Source: Naegleria gruberi (lineage: Eukaryota). Taken from it: 64,000 nt of DNA. The translations under genes were made by a program, and so were the position numbers. This document shows positions 10,051 through 20,841 of this stretch, piece by piece. The stretch is taken from assembly GCA_000004985.1 (NCBI GenBank), contig GG738853.1. The stretch is one strand, 5' to 3'. Numbering within the stretch: position 1 is the stretch's first letter; each line of letters starts with the position of its first letter. The notes beneath the pieces were generated by a model. It was not told the DNA's origin and searched no databases. It saw only the letters and a program-made list of their open reading frames with translations.

Positions 10051-10124
10051 CTCACTTTCTCATTCCCTTACAAAGTTCGTTTTCAAATGTGAACTTTGCA
10101 TAAAAAGTTCCAAGTTGTTTTACA

Positions 10125-10933
10125 ATGAAAAATTTAAAATTACAATTAAAAAAAATGTCTCAACAAGAAACAAGTTCACCATCAGCGGAATCAACTGAAA
10201 AACAAGTTGTTTTGATGAAGGAAAGTAGGAATTATATGGGTCACAAACCAACAAATAAAAAGAGGATGGTTGAGGTGAAGAGGCCAGTTTATGATTTTCC
10301 TCTTGATGATTTTTCGATTTTTGGAAAGGTTTCGGATGAGGATTTGAAGCTCAATTCGACCTATGCTTTGCATACAGCTTTGTGTTACATTCCACCAGAG
10401 TCTATATGGGATCCTGTTCAAGATATAAGACAGGAAATTGATAAGGTATGTTTGAATACTGCTATTTGGTTTCGAACAAATAATAGGGAATGGAAAGATG
10501 GCCTCCTCATGTGAACTTGTTATTTCCTTTTATTCCAGAAACATGTTTTGATTCGGCTTTGAAATTATTGACTCAAGAATTGCAAGATTTCAAACCTTTC
10601 GAATGCTCATTCGATTCAATTTCATATTTTGAAAAAGGATCTTCTGTCTTGTGGGTCAACCAAAACGAAACTGCAAGAAATAACTTTATAGAATTACAAA
10701 AACGAGTTGCTTCCCTCTTTCCTTATTGTGCTAAGAAGAAAAACGAAACTGGAGAATTCATTCCACACATGACTGTTGGTTATGCACCAAAAACAATTGT
10801 GGAAAAAGTTCACAAACAATTGAGTGAGGATTGGAAAACTCAAACTGTAACAGTTGGAGAAATTTGCATGATTTACAGACCTGATGTGGATACTTGTTTC
10901 AAAATTATTCACAAAGTACCACTTGGAAAGTAA
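10125..10933 (+). CDS. 2H phosphoesterase superfamily protein (LigT/CPDase-like, two H-x-T/N-x motifs)
   Basis: Two track ORFs in different frames. They are joined by a 41-nt intron, GTATGT...AATAG, at 10446..10486. Exons are 10125..10445 and 10487..10933. The spliced product reads ...ALHTALCYIPPESIWDPVQDIRQEIDK|GMERWPPHVNLLFPFIPE...FIPHMTVGYAPK. That gives the two catalytic H-x-[TN]-x motifs (HVNL and HMTV) at the spacing typical of 2H enzymes. Confidence 0.6.
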
Positions 10934-11436
10934 ATCAGATTAGCAAGAATAAATATGCAATGTTCATTGACGATTGTTATTTTGTAATCGATTTAGATTT
11001 GTTCAACTTAATAATTATGTGAATAAGGATATGAACATATTCATCAAACAGTATCTGTCACTATTATTCCTAATTTCCTAACCGTGCTCTGTCCACATTA
11101 AATAATTGAATCAACATTAAGCTGACCAACATGATAAACAATCCACTTAAATTATAAGATTTTTTGATAGTGTCACCACGAGGCAGCACACAGAGAGTAC
11201 TATCTAAAATACTCCTCCCTAGATTTAAATATCTCCTCTGTATTTTTTCATCAGCAGCATCTATCTATTATCAAGTTTATTTTTGGTTCTCATAACTATC
11301 CATGTGCTGATCTTTCATCATCACCCAACGCGATAAAAGCTTCATCAAGAACCTTCGCTCATTTAAAATTTTAAATTTTCAATCAAAAAAACAATTTTTA
11401 ATAATTTATTTTTTTTTAATACAACACACAAGAAAA

Positions 11437-13205
<1,769 letters not shown>

Positions 13206-13362
13206 ATTAAATAACTTTATTTATTTTGAAATTGAAAACACACATTTTATTTCTTACAATTTCATCTTTCAAGAAATTAAATAACTCATCTTCCTTTGTA
13301 GAAACTGCTTACAAAGGAAAAGCTGCAGCAGTTTCAAGAATATCTGTCAAGTGTGACACAGA

Positions 13363-14562
13363 TCAATAAACAAAATGGTAAATTTCAGGATAGAAACTAT
13401 TGGAAGGTAATGTAAAAACCAATCTACATAATGGAATCGAGTCAATTGTGTAAAATCCTGTATCTATTCTTCCTCCATAACTAGTTCCATGATCATAACC
13501 TCGTGTCCAATACATTTCAGAGACTAAAATATCTCCACAATAGTCCTTGGAATTGTATCTCAGTACATGAGGATATTTACGTTCACAGCACGGATCGTGT
13601 GGATAAATCACTGAGCTATTTGAAGAAACATTTGTTGTGATGCAATGAAGGAAATTTCCAATGCAGAATCTGTAAATTCCAACTTCTTTACAATCGTGTT
13701 TCAGATTTGGTTTGCCACTTTTGTAAATCCTTTCTTTGAATGGTTCTGGTGTAAAGTGTTGATAAATTTGATTAATTTTCTTTAAATGTCTGTTTTGCTT
13801 GAAGGTTTCAGTCATGTTTAGAATAAAACATGAATCAGTTCCATCAATTTTACCCATCAAAAAGTAACAAGATGGATTATTAGACCTCTTTTCAATAAAT
13901 GACTTCAATCGAATAAAAACATGCTTTCTTTCATAATCAACATCAAGAATTTCCACAAATCGTGACAAGATTTCTTCCTCAACGCTCATTAGACTATTTG
14001 TATTATCTAAACTCAAATATTTTACAACTTCTGAAAATGATTTAAATCTCAAACCAATATCTATTTTCATTCTATTACTCAATGATCGATCAACATTCAC
14101 CATCGATTCAAATACACTACAAGAAATATCAGGTAATCCTTCATAATAACCTTCATAATAATCTTCGTAATTTCTTTGAAAAGCTAATCTCGATTTGTTG
14201 GCAGCTTCCAAATGATTAAATAAACATTTAAATTTAATTCTAAACACTGCATTTCTATTATCCAAATAATCTTGCTTAATATTTTCACAATCCTCATCAT
14301 CAATCAACTCAATACTTTGATTAGATTGCATCAAATATTCAAATCTTTGAATCATCCCTTCCTCCATCCCCAAATAATTCAAACCAACCTCCAAACCAAT
14401 TCCGAAACCCTGCAAAATTCCAATAATTGATTCATCCTCATAAATAATCCTCCGATCTTTCTGTGATTTGAATTCTTTAAAGGGCATTTTAGAAGATCGT
14501 GATGAGGTTTTATTTTTATTTTCATTGTGTGCAGCAATTGTTTTACGATGTTGTGGCTTCAT
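13363..14562 (-). CDS. Hypothetical protein, 399 aa, with a Cys/His-rich C-terminal region
   Basis: Single uninterrupted minus-strand ORF with an ATG start (MKPQHRK...). Codon usage matches the neighbouring genes. No domain recognised by eye. Confidence 0.5.
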   Translation of the reverse strand: MKPQHRKTIAAHNENKNKTSSRSSKMPFKEFKSQKDRRIIYEDESIIGILQGFGIGLEVGLNYLGMEEGMIQRFEYLMQSNQSIELIDDEDCENIKQDYLDNRNAVFRIKFKCLFNHLEAANKSRLAFQRNYEDYYEGYYEGLPDISCSVFESMVNVDRSLSNRMKIDIGLRFKSFSEVVKYLSLDNTNSLMSVEEEILSRFVEILDVDYERKHVFIRLKSFIEKRSNNPSCYFLMGKIDGTDSCFILNMTETFKQNRHLKKINQIYQHFTPEPFKERIYKSGKPNLKHDCKEVGIYRFCIGNFLHCITTNVSSNSSVIYPHDPCCERKYPHVLRYNSKDYCGDILVSEMYWTRGYDHGTSYGGRIDTGFYTIDSIPLCRLVFTLPSNSFYPEIYHFVY

Positions 14563-14884
14563 TTTTTTTAAAGTTCATGTAAATGTCGACTTTGAAATTG
14601 CAAGTCAATATATTTAATTTTAAATTGTAATCTTGCAAAATTAATATTGAATTAAATGTTGAGAGTTTTGTTCGAAATGGAAGATCAAAAAGTTCTGTGC
14701 AGTGAATTCAAGGCCTTTCCAAAAATATCCGAAAGTTGTCAGTGATAGACCATTTTTTATTACAAACATGAAAATCGTTGATTGAGTTGGGACGAAAAAG
14801 ATCTTTATCACTGATTAATTTAAAATAAAACCAGATTCCACTTTAAAAAAAACTAATCTAAACTAATCAACTATTCTAAACGAA

Positions 14885-15868
14885 ATGGTCCTTCTCAAAT
14901 CAGACAAAATCAAACTCACCATTCTCTCAGCCAATAACCTTCGTTCCATGGATCGAAATGGATTCTCAGATCCATACACAAAGATTTTCATCATTCCTGA
15001 ACAAAATGTTGAATTTAAAACAAGGAAAATTAAGAAAACTTTAAATCCAGTTTGGAATGAACAATTTACATTTTCACCAACTGCTCATTATTGTCAGGTT
15101 TCTTGTTATTTATACGATTGGGATATGATTGGAAAGGATGATGTGTTGGGGATGGTCAATTTTGAAATTTCAGAAGAAAGGTTTCGGATAAATCAAGAAC
15201 ATACAATTACAAAGAATGTGGATGATCAGGAGGATGGAAAATATGGAACTGTCACTTTTAAATTTACCATTGAAAGATCCCAACAAGAAATTGACAAGTG
15301 GCACGATTTGAAACTTCCAGCCAATTACAAATTTGTAATGGATTCAGATCCAACTTTTAAAGCAGCAATTCCATACTATTTCGAATACATTCCAGACCAG
15401 CTCACAAGTGAGAAACTCAAAAATCTAGTTGGCTGCACCAAAATGGAGTTTAAATACATGGAAAATGTCTTTACAATTATGAGATCGCAACACAACAAGT
15501 CAATTGAGGAAATTCTACTCATGCACACAAGACCTTTCGAAAATTCGACCAAGTCAGACGAAATTATTTGTAGAAAGTGTGATCACTTTACCAAAGGTGA
15601 TATTTTGATGGGAAAATTCAAACAAGTTGTCATTGCTGATTATTATGTTGGATATGGAAAGGACACGAATGGACACGACGTGTTTTCATTGAGTTTCTTT
15701 ATGGTTGGAATGTTGGAAGAGGGTCTCTATGAAATTTATCATTATTGCAGGGAGGAGGGAAGTCATGAGAGTGAGGAGTTGAATATTGAGGAAGATGTCC
15801 TGATTAATAATGTGATACAATATACACAGATGAGGAAATTCATTTCCAAAAAGTCGTGTTTGCCTTAA
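14885..15868 (+). CDS. C2 domain protein (N-terminal Ca2+/lipid-binding C2 domain)
   Basis: ATG at 14885. KLTILSANNLRSMDRNGFSDPYTKIFIIP...KTRKIKKTLNPVWNEQFTF...YLYDWDMIGKDDVLG carries the classic C2 motifs (SDPY, NP.WNE, D.D..GKDD). Single exon, 327 aa. Confidence 0.8.
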   Translation: MVLLKSDKIKLTILSANNLRSMDRNGFSDPYTKIFIIPEQNVEFKTRKIKKTLNPVWNEQFTFSPTAHYCQVSCYLYDWDMIGKDDVLGMVNFEISEERFRINQEHTITKNVDDQEDGKYGTVTFKFTIERSQQEIDKWHDLKLPANYKFVMDSDPTFKAAIPYYFEYIPDQLTSEKLKNLVGCTKMEFKYMENVFTIMRSQHNKSIEEILLMHTRPFENSTKSDEIICRKCDHFTKGDILMGKFKQVVIADYYVGYGKDTNGHDVFSLSFFMVGMLEEGLYEIYHYCREEGSHESEELNIEEDVLINNVIQYTQMRKFISKKSCLP

Positions 15869-15943
15869 ATAAATATGAAATTGCATGAATTAATTAGTAC
15901 ATCAACAATCCGGCTAATAACTCTTTTCAACAAATATACGTAA

Positions 15944-16016
15944 GCGGCAGTAGATCAGTGGTTAGATCGTCCGCCTCACACGCGGAAGGTCGCGGGTTCG
16001 AACCCCGTTTGCCGTA
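15944..16016 (+). tRNA. tRNA-Val (anticodon CAC)
   Basis: 73 nt. Acceptor GCGGCAG/TTGCCGT; D-arm GATC-AGTGGTTA-GATC; anticodon stem-loop TCCGC-CTCACAC-GCGGA; variable loop AGGTC; T-arm GCGGG-TTCGAAC-CCCGT. Close to the eukaryotic tRNA-Val-CAC consensus as I recall it. A T-run lies downstream. Confidence 0.8.
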
Positions 16017-16405
16017 AACAAATTTTAATCTTTTAGTGCTTCTACGGTTCTTTTTCATACCATATGTTTATCTACGTTGTTTCCCAATCTTTATTCAAGA
16101 AACGATTGAGACGAGCTGTTCCTTAATATTATTTGCCAAAACTGAAATTTTTCAAATGCCTCACCATAATTAAATATTGGTTGGATAAAGTGTGTTAAGC
16201 ATGTTTTCCAGAAATTATGAAATATCTCATCAAGGTAAATATAGTTCAATGTTTGTTGGAATTGAATGGTTTCCTGAATAGGTGTTTTTGCTTTTGAAAA
16301 TGCAAAAAGTACCCAACACAAATAATGTTTGAAACAAAATATCATCTTTACTAAATATCAATAATTGTATTATTGAAAATCATTAATTCATGCCCTATAA
16401 AATTT

Positions 16406-16478
16406 TACGCAAGGCGGGGTTTGAACCCGCGACCTTCCGCGTGTGAGGCGGACGATCTAACCACTGATCTACTTGCGC
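16406..16478 (-). tRNA. tRNA-Val (anticodon CAC), inverted relative to the copy at 15944
   Basis: The reverse complement gives GCGCAAG-TA-GATCAGTGGTTAGATC-G-TCCGCCTCACACGCGGA-AGGTC-GCGGGTTCAAACCCCGC-CTTGCGT-A. It is identical to the first copy in the D and anticodon arms. It differs in acceptor pairs 4-69 and 5-68, where the changes are compensatory, and at one T-loop position. Confidence 0.8.
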
Positions 16479-16598
16479 TTACATTCAATATCTAAAAAGT
16501 TCTGTTGTGCGCTTAACAACCTTCTCATTAAGGGAGATAAAGGCATAGGGTTCTTTACAGAATATTACAACCCAAAAAAATTGATACAAAAGCTCATC

Positions 16599-17255
16599 AT
16601 GGGATTTGGATATCAACACAGATTGCACGTAACCATTGAGGCAGGTGTTGATCTTGTTGGCGCTGATAGAAATGGTCTCTCCGATCCAGTAAGTTTCATG
16701 ATATTCAATTATTAATTAAATGTTCCTAGTATTGTAAAATAATCGTTAATGGAGCTCTTCCTAGAAAAACAAAAACCATTAAAAAGACTTTGAATCCTGT
16801 ATGGAATGAAACTTTTAAATTCTATGCAATTTATACAACCGTAAAGTTGAAATTAAAATTTGAGGGTGAGTTTTAAATCATTACTACGAGTTATTGAATA
16901 ATATTATTATTAATATCAAATGATCTTAAAGTATTTGATTGGGATTTTATTCTTAAAGATGTAAGTAAACTTGTATATTTAATATTTATATTATTTAAAT
17001 ATATTGATCATCATTATATATTAGGATTTTATCGGAAGAGCTTCCCTTGATATTGATTCCAACGATATTCAACTCGATAAGGAATACACCCAAATATTAA
17101 AACTTCAAGATACAAACAGTGGAAGTATCAAAATTAAATATGTCATCATGGAAGGCTTGGATCCATCTGTAAAACATACCATTACTCGTTCTGTAACACC
17201 ATCTCCAAGACAACAAGTAAAACCAACCATGTTTGAACCAACGAACCAACTGTAA
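16599..17255 (+). CDS. C2 domain protein, paralog of the gene at 14885
   Basis: Four exons: 16599..16688, 16730..16865, 16932..16960 and 17025..17255. The introns are GTAAGT/GTGAGT...AG, 41-66 nt long, and the phases are consistent. The product reads MGFGYQHRLHVTIEAGVDLVGADRNGLSDP|YCKIIVNGALPRKTKTIKKTLNPVWNETFKF...KFE|VFDWDFILKD|DFIGRASLDIDS...TNQL*. It aligns motif-for-motif with the upstream C2 gene (RNG[FL]SDP, KTLNPVWNE, [YF]DWD). Confidence 0.7.
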
Positions 17256-17266
17256 ATGAAAAACCA

Positions 17267-18070
17267 ATGGTTGAGAAGGAAGCCACTCCAGTGGTTGTAG
17301 AAAAGGCCATTCCTATAGCAAGGAAAGTTCCTGAAACACCATCTCCAATTACAATTTCAACATTTATGGAACCACTTGAAGAATTTGAAGATGAGGAGAC
17401 AAAACCAATAGACGATTTTGAAGTTGAGATGGAGAAACGAGCTATCGAACTTATGGAACCACTTGAAGATATTAAAACTGAGGAGCAAGAACCAGTCGAA
17501 GTTGTTAATAAGGAAGTGGACGAGAGAAAGGCTGAGGAAAATATAGTGAATGATGGAATGATTTATTGGAATGAGCTCAATGAAAATTTTGCTCCATATT
17601 TACCTTCAGAATTCACCATGTTGAGTACTCATGCTTCAAATTCTGAATTATTGGCTGCATTCTCCAGTTTATCTGATAATGATATAATCTATGTTTCATA
17701 TAAGGACATTAGAGGGTATGATTTCCAAGATGCTCATCATGCTTACATGGAAACCTATATCACAGGATCAACTGCAGCTGCTGAAGAAGCTGGTGATGAA
17801 ATGGAAATTCTATACAGAGAGAAGGATATTACAGATATTTGTGAGGAAAAGTACACTCACCTCTATGAAACTCGTTGTCAAACAGCTAATAAGGAAAGTG
17901 GAAAGATTGTTCAACAAATTTGCATTTCTGGTCTTGCCAAGTGTGAAGTTATGGTAGGGTTTGAACTTATTACCTCTCAAATTGAATCTATTGATGACAA
18001 GTATTTGATTTTAATGAGAATTATTCAAAATACAAAGGTTTCCAATACTGTCGAAGGACATTCAGAGTAA
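17267..18070 (+). CDS. Acidic 267-aa ORF. It is either a separate gene or the frameshifted C-terminal part of the preceding C2 gene.
   Basis: An ATG-initiated ORF, MVEKEATPVVVEK...EPLEEFEDEETKPIDDFEVE..., begins 12 nt after the C2 gene's stop. Its frame is already open from nt 17237, overlapping the end of the C2 gene. The C2 paralog at 14885 has a long extension after its C2 domain, which is encoded this way here only if the two ORFs are fused. Confidence 0.4.
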   Translation: MVEKEATPVVVEKAIPIARKVPETPSPITISTFMEPLEEFEDEETKPIDDFEVEMEKRAIELMEPLEDIKTEEQEPVEVVNKEVDERKAEENIVNDGMIYWNELNENFAPYLPSEFTMLSTHASNSELLAAFSSLSDNDIIYVSYKDIRGYDFQDAHHAYMETYITGSTAAAEEAGDEMEILYREKDITDICEEKYTHLYETRCQTANKESGKIVQQICISGLAKCEVMVGFELITSQIESIDDKYLILMRIIQNTKVSNTVEGHSE

Positions 18071-18140
18071 ATTCAATAAATTCAAAGCTTAATATGTGTA
18101 TTTTATAACTTCAATAAAAGTACTTGCCTTAATGCCAACA

Positions 18141-18229
18141 GGGTGGTTAGCTCAGCGGTAGAGCACCGGATTGCAAAGATATTTGCAGCAGACATCCGAT
18201 GGTCACGTGTTCGATCCACGTACCACCCT
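18141..18229 (+). tRNA. Intron-containing tRNA-Cys (anticodon GCA)
   Basis: Acceptor GGGTGGT/ACCACCC; D-arm GCTC-AGCGGTA-GAGC; anticodon stem CCGGA, loop TTGCAA(A), anticodon GCA. A ~17-nt insertion (GATATTTGCAGCAGACA) sits before the 3' stem strand TCCGA. The intron contains TGC, complementary to the anticodon. T-arm ACGTG-TTCGATC-CACGT. A downstream T-run (TTTTGTTTTTT) follows. Confidence 0.65.
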
Positions 18230-18334
18230 TCCTTTTGTTTTTTACTCCTTTTTACTAAGGAAATAATATTAATCTGGATGATAACTAAGCTGTTAGTATT
18301 TGGTTTAATAAGTAAAGTTTGACTTCGTGTGACT

Positions 18335-20092
18335 TTAATAATGTAATTGTTCAATTGCCTCAACCCATGAATCTCTCTCCTCTGCACTGTCTACACAACA
18401 GTTCAAATTTCTCGCTCCCGATATTACCACAAATGTGAAACCCTTCTTTGATTCATCTTCCACATTTCTGGCTCTTGTCTTTGGATCAATTACTACAATG
18501 CCCTTTGGTTTTTCGTTTGGTGCATCCTTGGAGAAATAAAAGAGGAATTCCTTAAATAACAAACAGTACCTCTTCTTCCATGATTTAAAGTTTGAGCCTT
18601 GCTTCTCCATATAGCCTGCCTTGACAGGTCTCATGTGTTTCAGTGTTTGTACAGTTGGGTTAGAACCAAATCGCATCTCTGCTAATGCAGCTCCAGCATT
18701 TTCACCACTATTCTTGAGCAATGTTTGGACATCATTCTTTGATTTTTCATGTTGTTCTTTCAGTGTCAGTAAGGCAGAGGCAAGTTGAAGATTCTCCTTT
18801 CTAGATTCATCCAATTTTTCTTCCACTTCTTGTTTATCCTTTGTGTATTGCTCCGCCAAAGTTTGTCTTTCCTGTGCAAGTTTTTCTTCCATTTCTTGTC
18901 TTTCCTTTTCCAAAGTTTCAGCCATTTCTTGCTTTTCTTTTATCATGTTTTCTTCCATCTCTTTCTTTTCCTTCTCAAGCTTTTCTTTTTCCAAATTTAG
19001 AGATTTTCCCTCGGTAAATTGTTTCACCCTCTCAATTTCAATCGCCAATCGTTGTTTGAGGTCTTGAACCTGACTCTTGTAGGTATCCAACTCGGAGAGT
19101 GTACTATCGAGTTGAGATTTAGTTTCTTGTAATTGAGTTGTGGCTAAAATTTGAGATTGTTCCAAGTGGGAAACTCTTTCTTGAAGAGTGATGATCTTGG
19201 TTTGTTGATTTTCATTCTCTCGCTGCAACTTATCATTTGTAGTCAATAGTGAAGTGTTATCGCTTTCTAGTTTTTCAATTTGTTTCCTCATGTGAATTTC
19301 TAATTTTTTGTACATGTCAGTTGTTTCAAAGTTGGAAACATTCTTTATGAGCGCCAAGAATGCTTTCATTTCAGGTCTTGTATTTACATCAGGTATTTCC
19401 TTTCCTAGAATAGCAATAGAATTTTCAAATATTTCATTCTTGAGAGTGTCGAGTGTCTCTTCTGACTGTTCCAAAACCAAATCGGAATGGTCACAACTAT
19501 AAAAAATGGATGAAATCAGAGACATTATCAAGTGCTTCTCACCATAGAGAATATCTTCAGGCTCCAGCATGATACTCTTCTTGTTCAAATCCAATCTGTC
19601 TATTACTTCCAAAAGGGCTTGGATTTTATCACTATCTGTTGGAGCCTCAGAGATCATTGCCTCATCTTCATCTGTAAAACCCTTAGAGACTGTCTTTACA
19701 AGTTGGTGGAAGAGATAACCGTTTCTCCATTCCTCTCCAAGATTTGTTACCTTAATGTTTTTAGATTCCAACCTATTATTGACCCATCTGAGCAAGAGCG
19801 AGAGAGGTTGTTGATTCATAAATTCCACAACTGTTTCATCTGCCCTCTTCAATGCAATTGCATCAAAGAAGTGAACAATATTCAGTGATTTAGTCAAATC
19901 CTCTCTAATCAATTGCCACAAGATGGAATTTAATGCTGTTGGTCTCCCCTCGGCACAATCCTCTGGAGAAATGTTGACTACTACAATACCAAGACCCTTG
20001 GCATATCCTAGAACCATTGTATGATTCAAAACTCGTTTAATCTTGTTCAATTCTTGTTCCTTCTTTGGTTTACATATTTTACTCCATTCCAC
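18335..20092 (-). CDS. Calponin-homology-like N-terminal domain / central coiled-coil / C-terminal PH domain protein
   Basis: 585-codon minus-strand ORF. The N-terminal ~200 aa (GLGIVVVNISPEDCAEGRPTALNSILWQLIREDL) are CH-like. About 250 aa of heptad-rich E/K/Q sequence follow (LQERVSHLEQSQ...). C-terminal PH domain: KAGYMEKQGSNFKSWKKRYCLLFKEFLFYFSK...EERDSWVEAIEQL. The track start is a GTG, not an ATG. The real 5' end is unresolved. Confidence 0.6.
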   Translation of the reverse strand: MEWSKICKPKKEQELNKIKRVLNHTMVLGYAKGLGIVVVNISPEDCAEGRPTALNSILWQLIREDLTKSLNIVHFFDAIALKRADETVVEFMNQQPLSLLLRWVNNRLESKNIKVTNLGEEWRNGYLFHQLVKTVSKGFTDEDEAMISEAPTDSDKIQALLEVIDRLDLNKKSIMLEPEDILYGEKHLIMSLISSIFYSCDHSDLVLEQSEETLDTLKNEIFENSIAILGKEIPDVNTRPEMKAFLALIKNVSNFETTDMYKKLEIHMRKQIEKLESDNTSLLTTNDKLQRENENQQTKIITLQERVSHLEQSQILATTQLQETKSQLDSTLSELDTYKSQVQDLKQRLAIEIERVKQFTEGKSLNLEKEKLEKEKKEMEENMIKEKQEMAETLEKERQEMEEKLAQERQTLAEQYTKDKQEVEEKLDESRKENLQLASALLTLKEQHEKSKNDVQTLLKNSGENAGAALAEMRFGSNPTVQTLKHMRPVKAGYMEKQGSNFKSWKKRYCLLFKEFLFYFSKDAPNEKPKGIVVIDPKTRARNVEDESKKGFTFVVISGARNLNCCVDSAEERDSWVEAIEQLHY

Positions 20093-20841
20093 AACTCCTT
20101 CTATTAAATTATCGATGAGATGACTATTTTACATTCCATTCATTCGTTGTTATTGTTGTTTATCAAATTTCAGAAGAATGATTAGTGAAAACCTACATGA
20201 ATATTAAACCATCACTTAATCGACCATATAACTCATTTGAAGTTTCCAAATTATCAACACTAATTGGTTGCCACTCACCAATCGTTTCCTCCACTCGTTG
20301 TGGCATCTCTCTCAATCTCTTACTCATAACGGAATTAATAAACATGATAAAACACCTCTTCTCTCTCTTTGAAATCGTCGAGACCGAACCTGTTGCACTC
20401 ACCGATTTAATTAGTGGCTCGACACTCCTGAGTGAGGCTCCTCTTAACTTGATAGCCTCTTCACCTTCGAGCGTTGTTGTTTGTTGCTGCGAATTGTCGT
20501 TATTAAGGTTGCGAGATGACAACATTTTTTCTACAAGTAATAATTTTTTTAAAAATTCCTTAAATCCTTAACGTCTCCCTTCAACAGCCCAAAGATTTGG
20601 CGGGAGAAATCTTGCTCAATAATGCACTGTAAAATAATGATCCCCTTAATGGTTCTATTCGAAAGGAAAATTAGTTTATTTAAGTATTTAAAAGTTTTCA
20701 AGTTTTTTATAAAATGTTAAATTTTTGTATCTTTTAAAAAGAATTCATACTTTCAGTTTCAAAATACGAAATGAAGATAAACTTACTTAAAGAACATCAA
20801 GAAATTACAATTTATTTAATGAAAAATCAAAATGTAAAAAA

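Noticed and set aside
16091-16345. 84-codon ORF in the spacer between the two tRNA-Val genes
   Set aside because: It is an AT-rich spacer with a Phe/Leu/Ile-rich translation, no start context and no conservation signal. It is most likely non-coding.
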